A stretch of 64,000 bases of DNA, from contig OY282377.1 of the NCBI GenBank assembly GCA_958295785.1, positions 2,880,385 to 2,944,384 on the forward strand, given 5' to 3'. Positions 58,616-64,000 of this stretch are shown one piece after another (position 1 is the first letter of the stretch; each line of letters opens with the position of its first letter). A program made the position numbers and the translations under genes. The notes under the pieces were generated by a model. It had not been told where the DNA came from. It did no database searches and saw nothing but the letters and a program-made list of their open reading frames with translations. This stretch comes from an uncultured Latescibacterota bacterium (GTDB lineage Bacteria; Latescibacterota; UBA2968).

Positions 58616-58645
58616 CGGCAGATCCTTACAAGAGAGGATCACAAC

Positions 58646-59821
58646 ATGGTGTCTGAAACCATCGTGAAAGACATATCCCGTGCGGTTGATCGAGACCGGT
58701 TATTATCGACCGCTATCGATCTCATTTCCATTCCCAGCCCGACGCGCAGCGCGGACAAAATCTCGAACAGATTGTCTGAAATTTTACAAAACGACGGTTT
58801 TGCGGTCGAGCGCGTAGAAGCCAACTGGCCCAAAGCCCCGGCCGTGGTCGTGCGGTTCGAATCGGGCAAGCGCGGGCGCACCTTGCAATTTGACGGTCAT
58901 CTCGATACCGTCCACCTGCCCTACGTGCCCCCGCGCATCGACAACGGTATTTTGCGCGGATTGGGTGCTGCCGACATGAAAGGCGGGATCGCGGCTTGTG
59001 TCGAAGCCCTGCGGGCACTCCGCGAGACCCGCGCATTGCCCGCGGGCGAGGTGTTGTTCACCGCTCACGATCATCACGAAGGCCCCTGGGGCGACAAACG
59101 CCAGATCAAAGGGCTGATTGACGCGGGTTATGTGGGCGATGCGGTGCTCTTTCCCGAATACTTATCCAACCGCTTGCCGCTGGCGGGTCGCGGTATGGCT
59201 ATTTTTCAAATGACCATCCATCGTACAGGCGAAGCTATCCACGAAGTTCTGCGCCCCGCCGATCTGCCCGATGTGTTGGGCACAGGCGCGAAACTCATTG
59301 GGCAACTCGGCGCATTGGGCAAACAGATCAGCGCGAACGCGCATCCTTATATGGGCAATGATTCGGTATTTGTCGGGCAAATCTCATCTGGCGAAATCTA
59401 TAACCAATCGCCCGCGCAATGCCACATTCAGGGGACCCGTCGATGGGTGCAACCGGGATATGCCCCTGCCGCTCGCGCCGAACTCGAAACCCTGGTGGAA
59501 CGCCTTGCCGAAACCAGCAACACCCAAATTGATCTCAACTGGCAAACGCGGGCCGATGCGTTCTCAGTTGCAGAAACCGACCCCATTGTTCTGGCCTTTC
59601 AAAATGCCCATCGCGCCATTGCCGGGCATCCACTCCCTTTTGGTGACAAACCCTTTGTCGATGACGGCAATCGCTACGCGGCGCTGGCCGATGTACCGGT
59701 TTTGACACACGGCCCAAACGCACGGGGTGCCCACACCACCGACGAATGGGTGCCTCTTGACGAACTCGTGCGCGTCGCTCGAGTCTATGCCCTCACAGCT
59801 ATCGGCTACTGCAACTGCTGA
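58646..59821 (+). CDS. M20 family metallopeptidase/deacylase (ArgE/DapE-like)
   Basis: Motifs FDGHLDTV, GLGAADMKGG and AHTTDE. Confidence 0.9.
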   Translation: MVSETIVKDISRAVDRDRLLSTAIDLISIPSPTRSADKISNRLSEILQNDGFAVERVEANWPKAPAVVVRFESGKRGRTLQFDGHLDTVHLPYVPPRIDNGILRGLGAADMKGGIAACVEALRALRETRALPAGEVLFTAHDHHEGPWGDKRQIKGLIDAGYVGDAVLFPEYLSNRLPLAGRGMAIFQMTIHRTGEAIHEVLRPADLPDVLGTGAKLIGQLGALGKQISANAHPYMGNDSVFVGQISSGEIYNQSPAQCHIQGTRRWVQPGYAPAARAELETLVERLAETSNTQIDLNWQTRADAFSVAETDPIVLAFQNAHRAIAGHPLPFGDKPFVDDGNRYAALADVPVLTHGPNARGAHTTDEWVPLDELVRVARVYALTAIGYCNC

Positions 59822-60009
59822 AGAAAGATCGCAGGGACAGGCGTGTGTCCATGGAGGTAGCGCAGCACTTGTATATTAGCTATCAGCGGTCAGCAAAACA
59901 TGTGCTGAAGCGATGCTATTCAGTACATGCAACGCAGTGTCTTGGGGCGGATGAGCAAGGGCTAAAAGCCGAAAGCTGATAGCTGATAGTTACATGAGAG
60001 GAAGGTCTC

Positions 60010-60483
60010 GTGACAACAACACGTTGGCGCGTTGCCCTATTGGGCTGGATGCTCTTGATTTTTTTCGCTTCAGGCAACTGGCTAGCATGGCAAATAACGG
60101 AAAAATTAATCGTTGCTTTGTGGCCTTCAGTTCTGTTCAGCGACGGCCCCCCACAACCACAATCGAGCAAATTCATATTTGTGCATACTGCGATACGCAA
60201 ATTTGCACACATCGTAGAATACGCTATCTTGACCTATTTGTGGTTCCGCTCCCTTTGGACAGTGCCGAGCCGATTTATCTCCTGTATGCGGTGGAGCATG
60301 TTGCTATCCATTCTCTATGCGATGTTGGACGAATGCCATCAATATTTTTTGTTTTTTCGCGATGGTCAATGGGCCGATGTGTTTTGGGACAGTACAGGAA
60401 TCGCAATGATGGGTCTGGTATTGTGGTATGTGAAACGCACGGGAAAGGGAAAGTGGATTTTAGGCGCGAATGGCAGTCAATAG
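60010..60483 (+). CDS. VanZ family protein (copy 1)
   Basis: Motifs RKFAHIVEYAIL and YAMLDECHQ. Confidence 0.88.
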   Translation: MTTTRWRVALLGWMLLIFFASGNWLAWQITEKLIVALWPSVLFSDGPPQPQSSKFIFVHTAIRKFAHIVEYAILTYLWFRSLWTVPSRFISCMRWSMLLSILYAMLDECHQYFLFFRDGQWADVFWDSTGIAMMGLVLWYVKRTGKGKWILGANGSQ

Positions 60484-60518
60484 TCCCTTTGTGGCCTCTT
60501 TAGGCAAAGAGAGATTAC

Positions 60519-60953
60519 ATGACCACAACACATTGGCGCGTCGCCTTGATTGTGTGGATGGGGGCTATTTTTATATTTTCGACCAGCCTGTTATCGGCTG
60601 AAAATACAGCAAAACATTTTGGCGACTTGAATTATTTGGCCCGCAAATTTGCACATATCGCAGAATACGCTATCCTGGTCTATTTGTGGTTCCGTTCTCT
60701 ATGGACGAAGCCGAGCCGATTTATCTCCTGTGTGCGTTGGAGTATGTTGCTATCCATTCTCTATGCGATGTTGGACGAATGGCATCAAACTTTTGTCCCC
60801 AACCGAGATGGTATTTGGACCGATGTGGTTTGGGATAGTATAGGGATCATCGCCATGGGGCTGATATTGTGGTCTGCGAAACGCACGGGAAAAGAACAGC
60901 GAATTTTGGGATCCATTGGCGGTCAAGAGCCTGTTTCTCTGTCTCGTGAGTAG
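60519..60953 (+). CDS. VanZ family protein (copy 2)
   Basis: Motifs RKFAHIAEYAIL and LDEWHQTFVPNRDG. Confidence 0.9.
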   Translation: MTTTHWRVALIVWMGAIFIFSTSLLSAENTAKHFGDLNYLARKFAHIAEYAILVYLWFRSLWTKPSRFISCVRWSMLLSILYAMLDEWHQTFVPNRDGIWTDVVWDSIGIIAMGLILWSAKRTGKEQRILGSIGGQEPVSLSRE

Positions 60954-60982
60954 GTTGATCGCCTTTCAACGGGAAACCCATC

Positions 60983-62296
60983 ATGACCAAATCTGGAAAA
61001 ATTGAAAAACCCAATATCCTCTTTATCCTCGCCGACGACATGGGGTGGGGTGACGTCAGCTATCACGGCTCACCGATCCACACGCCCAATATCGACCGCC
61101 TTGCGGCCACGGGCATTGAGCTCGACCAGCACTATGTCTGCCCGATGTGTACTCCCACCCGCACCTGTCTTTTGACGGGTCGCCATCCCGGTCGCTTTGG
61201 ACGCCATGCGACCGTGCCTTCCAACGCGCCCGTCCTGCCAGATGGCTACGAAACTTTGGCCGTATCCCTCCGCAACGCGGGTTATGGAACCGGGCTTTTT
61301 GGCAAATGGCATTTGGGATCATCGCCCGAATACGGGCCCAATGAATTTGGATTCAACACCGCGTATGGCAGCCTAGCCGGCGGCGTTGACCCGTATAACC
61401 ACCGCTACAAATCAGGCCCTTACAGCGTCACCTGGCACCGCAATGGCGAACTCGTGGAAGAGCGCGGTCACGTCACGGATCTCATCGCACGCGAAGCCAT
61501 TCAGTGGATCGAAGCACAAACAGGCCCTTGGTTTTGCTATGTGCCGTTCACCGCGGTTCACACCCCCATCAAAGCACCGCAACACTGGATCGACCGCTAT
61601 TCAGACCGTCGCTACGATTCTGACGATGACAGAGATCGCTCGTTCAAAACCTACGCGGCCTACGCCAGCCAGATGGATCACGCGATTGGGCAACTCGTCG
61701 AAACCCTCGCCCGCACATGCCAGCGCGAAAACACCATCATCATCTTTTCATCGGACAACGGCGCCATCCCTTCAAACCCGATTCACGACACGGACAAATA
61801 TCCCGGCCGCCATGAAGAAATGCCCCGCTTGGGCAGCAACTTGCCCCTGCGAGGCAAAAAATCTCAACTCTACGAAGGCGGCATCCGCACACCCTCCCTG
61901 ATCAATTGGCCCTTTCGCCTCCCGCGCGGCAAATGCTTTCACCCCTTGCACATGACCGATTGGATGCCCACCCTGACCCATCTCGTGGGCTATACCCCGA
62001 GCACCGATCCCCAATGGGACGGACAGAACATTTGGCCCTTGCTCGCGGGCGATCAACCCTTGCCCGACGAACGGTCAATTTTCTGGAACTTCAGGGGATC
62101 GTCCTTTGGCATGCGTACAGGCCCTTGGAAATTGATCTGCGAAGAAGGCCAGGCCCCGGAAGAAACCGAACTTTTTCACATCGGCTCCGACCCTTTTGAA
62201 ACGACAAATGTCGCATCCGAACAGCCCGACCGCGTCTATCGCATGGTCGAACAAATCGCCGATGCGCGAAAACGCGACGACAGTTCAAAAAGGTGA
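60983..62296 (+). CDS. Arylsulfatase
   Basis: Motifs PNILFILADDMG, CTPTR, GKWHLG and SSDNG. Confidence 0.93.
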   Translation: MTKSGKIEKPNILFILADDMGWGDVSYHGSPIHTPNIDRLAATGIELDQHYVCPMCTPTRTCLLTGRHPGRFGRHATVPSNAPVLPDGYETLAVSLRNAGYGTGLFGKWHLGSSPEYGPNEFGFNTAYGSLAGGVDPYNHRYKSGPYSVTWHRNGELVEERGHVTDLIAREAIQWIEAQTGPWFCYVPFTAVHTPIKAPQHWIDRYSDRRYDSDDDRDRSFKTYAAYASQMDHAIGQLVETLARTCQRENTIIIFSSDNGAIPSNPIHDTDKYPGRHEEMPRLGSNLPLRGKKSQLYEGGIRTPSLINWPFRLPRGKCFHPLHMTDWMPTLTHLVGYTPSTDPQWDGQNIWPLLAGDQPLPDERSIFWNFRGSSFGMRTGPWKLICEEGQAPEETELFHIGSDPFETTNVASEQPDRVYRMVEQIADARKRDDSSKR

Positions 62297-62489
62297 AGAG
62301 GAGAGTGAAGAGAAGCACTGCCTCTAATCCTGAAAATCCTCTAATCCTTCAATTCTGATTCAGAGGGAAGTTGGGCGGGGACTGACCACTGACCCCTGCT
62401 TTTCTTGCTTTTGTGCCTCTTGTGCCTTTTGTGGCGAAATTCACTTCTCACTCCTCGCCTTTTATCCCGATTTCCAAAAGGAGTTATCC

Positions 62490-63809
62490 ATGTCTCACCG
62501 CAACGTTCTCTTACTCATTGCCGACGACTGGAGTCCCATTGCCGGATGTTATGGCAATGAGGTCATCAAAATGCCCAGCGTAGATGCGCTCGCCGCGCGC
62601 GGCACGTTATTTCAGCACGCCTTTTGCACCACCCCGTCTTGTGCGGCCAGCCGCGCCAATTTGCTCACCGGGCACTACAGCCACACGCACGGGCAATACG
62701 GGCACTCGCACGGGATTCACAATTTTCACACGCATCTCACCATGCCGTCCGTCCCCAAAGTCTTGCAAGCCGTGGGATTCCAGACCGGCGTCGTGGGCAA
62801 ACTCCACGTCCAACCCGAGTCGGTGTATCCCTGGCACTACGAGGCCGGCGGCGGGCGCAATGTGCGCGGGATTGCGGACAATATTGCCGCGTTTTTTGAG
62901 ACGATTGACAGGGAGCAACCCTTTTATTTGCACGTTGGATTTTCCGATCCCCATCGGGATTTTGGCAATACCCGAACCTATCCCGGGGTGCCCGAAACCG
63001 CGTATTCGCCCGACGAGGTCATCGTGCCCGATTTTTTGCCCGACCATCCGGACGCGCGCCAGGAATTTGCCGAATACTACCAATCCGTCTCGCGCTTGGA
63101 CACGGGCATTGGCATGGCCGTGCGCGCATTGCAAGACGCGGGCCGCGATGACGATACGATGATCATCGTGATGAGCGATCACGGCATGCCGTTTCCGGGC
63201 GGCAAAGCCTCCTCGTTTGACACGGGCCACCACTGCCCGCTCATCATCGTGCGTCCCAATGCAGAGGCCGTCGTCAGCGATGCCTTGGTCAACTGGAGCA
63301 ACATCGCGCCGACGGTTTTTGACTGGTGCGGCGTCGATCCGCCCGAGGGATTGCCTGAAAAATCCCTGCTGCCCGTTCTCGACCAGGCCCATCCCGAAGG
63401 CTTTGACGAAACCTTTTTTTCGCACACGTTCCACGAAGTCACCAACTACTATCCCTATCGCGTCTTGCGCGGGCGCAAATACAAATACGTCCGCAACCTC
63501 TATCCGGAACTCACCACCCCGTTGCCGAGCGACCTGTGGGCATCGCCCACATGGCAGGCCATTCGCAGGGAAAATTTGAACATGGGCAAACGCCGCACGG
63601 AAAAATTTCTGCACCAAGACGCCGAAGCCCTCTTCGACATTGAAAACGATCCCATGGAATCCACCAACATCATTGACGACCCCGCAGTTCAAGACATCGC
63701 CGAAACCATGCGCCAAAAAGTCCGCACTTTCCGCCGAGAAACCCAAGACCCCTGGTGCCTGGCGTCTTACCACGCTGGCGAACCGGGGATGAGGTCGGTG
63801 GTGAAGTGA
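62490..63809 (+). CDS. Sulfatase (N-sulfoglucosamine sulfohydrolase-like)
   Basis: Motifs IADD, CAASR, GKLHV, DPHRDF, SDHGMPFP and HTFHEV. Confidence 0.9.
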   Translation: MSHRNVLLLIADDWSPIAGCYGNEVIKMPSVDALAARGTLFQHAFCTTPSCAASRANLLTGHYSHTHGQYGHSHGIHNFHTHLTMPSVPKVLQAVGFQTGVVGKLHVQPESVYPWHYEAGGGRNVRGIADNIAAFFETIDREQPFYLHVGFSDPHRDFGNTRTYPGVPETAYSPDEVIVPDFLPDHPDARQEFAEYYQSVSRLDTGIGMAVRALQDAGRDDDTMIIVMSDHGMPFPGGKASSFDTGHHCPLIIVRPNAEAVVSDALVNWSNIAPTVFDWCGVDPPEGLPEKSLLPVLDQAHPEGFDETFFSHTFHEVTNYYPYRVLRGRKYKYVRNLYPELTTPLPSDLWASPTWQAIRRENLNMGKRRTEKFLHQDAEALFDIENDPMESTNIIDDPAVQDIAETMRQKVRTFRRETQDPWCLASYHAGEPGMRSVVK

Positions 63810-64000
63810 TAGTCAGCGATTAGCGATCAGTGACCCGCCCATCCGCAGATGGCAGGCAATCTTAGGGGCGGTGCTTCCGTGCCATTTGTTCCAGTTGGGA
63901 AATTGCAACGCGGGTCGGTGCTATCGGCAACCTGCTGTTGGGTCAATTCATTCGCATTGATAGCTGATTTTCAAACAAATTCAAAACTTCACAAAATACA

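Overview
Bacterial chromosomal window. Several sulfatases, a heparinase-like lyase, a dockerin/EF-hand-like tail and dense intergenic repeats loosely suggest a Latescibacterota/Gemmatimonadota-like, possibly host-associated organism (inference only). Bases 1-15830 look like an accessory island. It holds an ABC-type ATPase with an AT-rich partner gene, a lipoprotein GSDH-cytochrome c fusion and four GT-C-like polytopic membrane genes; four island proteins share one recurrent C-terminal domain. The first membrane gene is broken in its first ~85 bp by an IS1595 (itself carrying a nested IS701) and an IS630, and removing them restores the reading frame. The IS630 carries a 33-bp insert flanked by a 40-bp duplication, which resembles an ectopic CRISPR spacer integration. 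Bases 28411-35902 are a translationally coupled operon of three dynamin-like GTPases (Leo/Eleos-like). The third has a long tandem-repeat coiled coil and three ComEA-type helix-hairpin-helix domains, and this operon is the strongest candidate for an undescribed system. Bases 41475-41851 form a standalone promoter, structured RNA, small ORF and terminator unit. The remainder is housekeeping and catabolic genes (gdhA, rph, ddl, nadA, crcB, manC, tRNA-Thr, sulfatases), with REP/MITE-like repeats and three Bdr-like coiled-coil/TM genes. All product calls come from motif recognition, not database searches.
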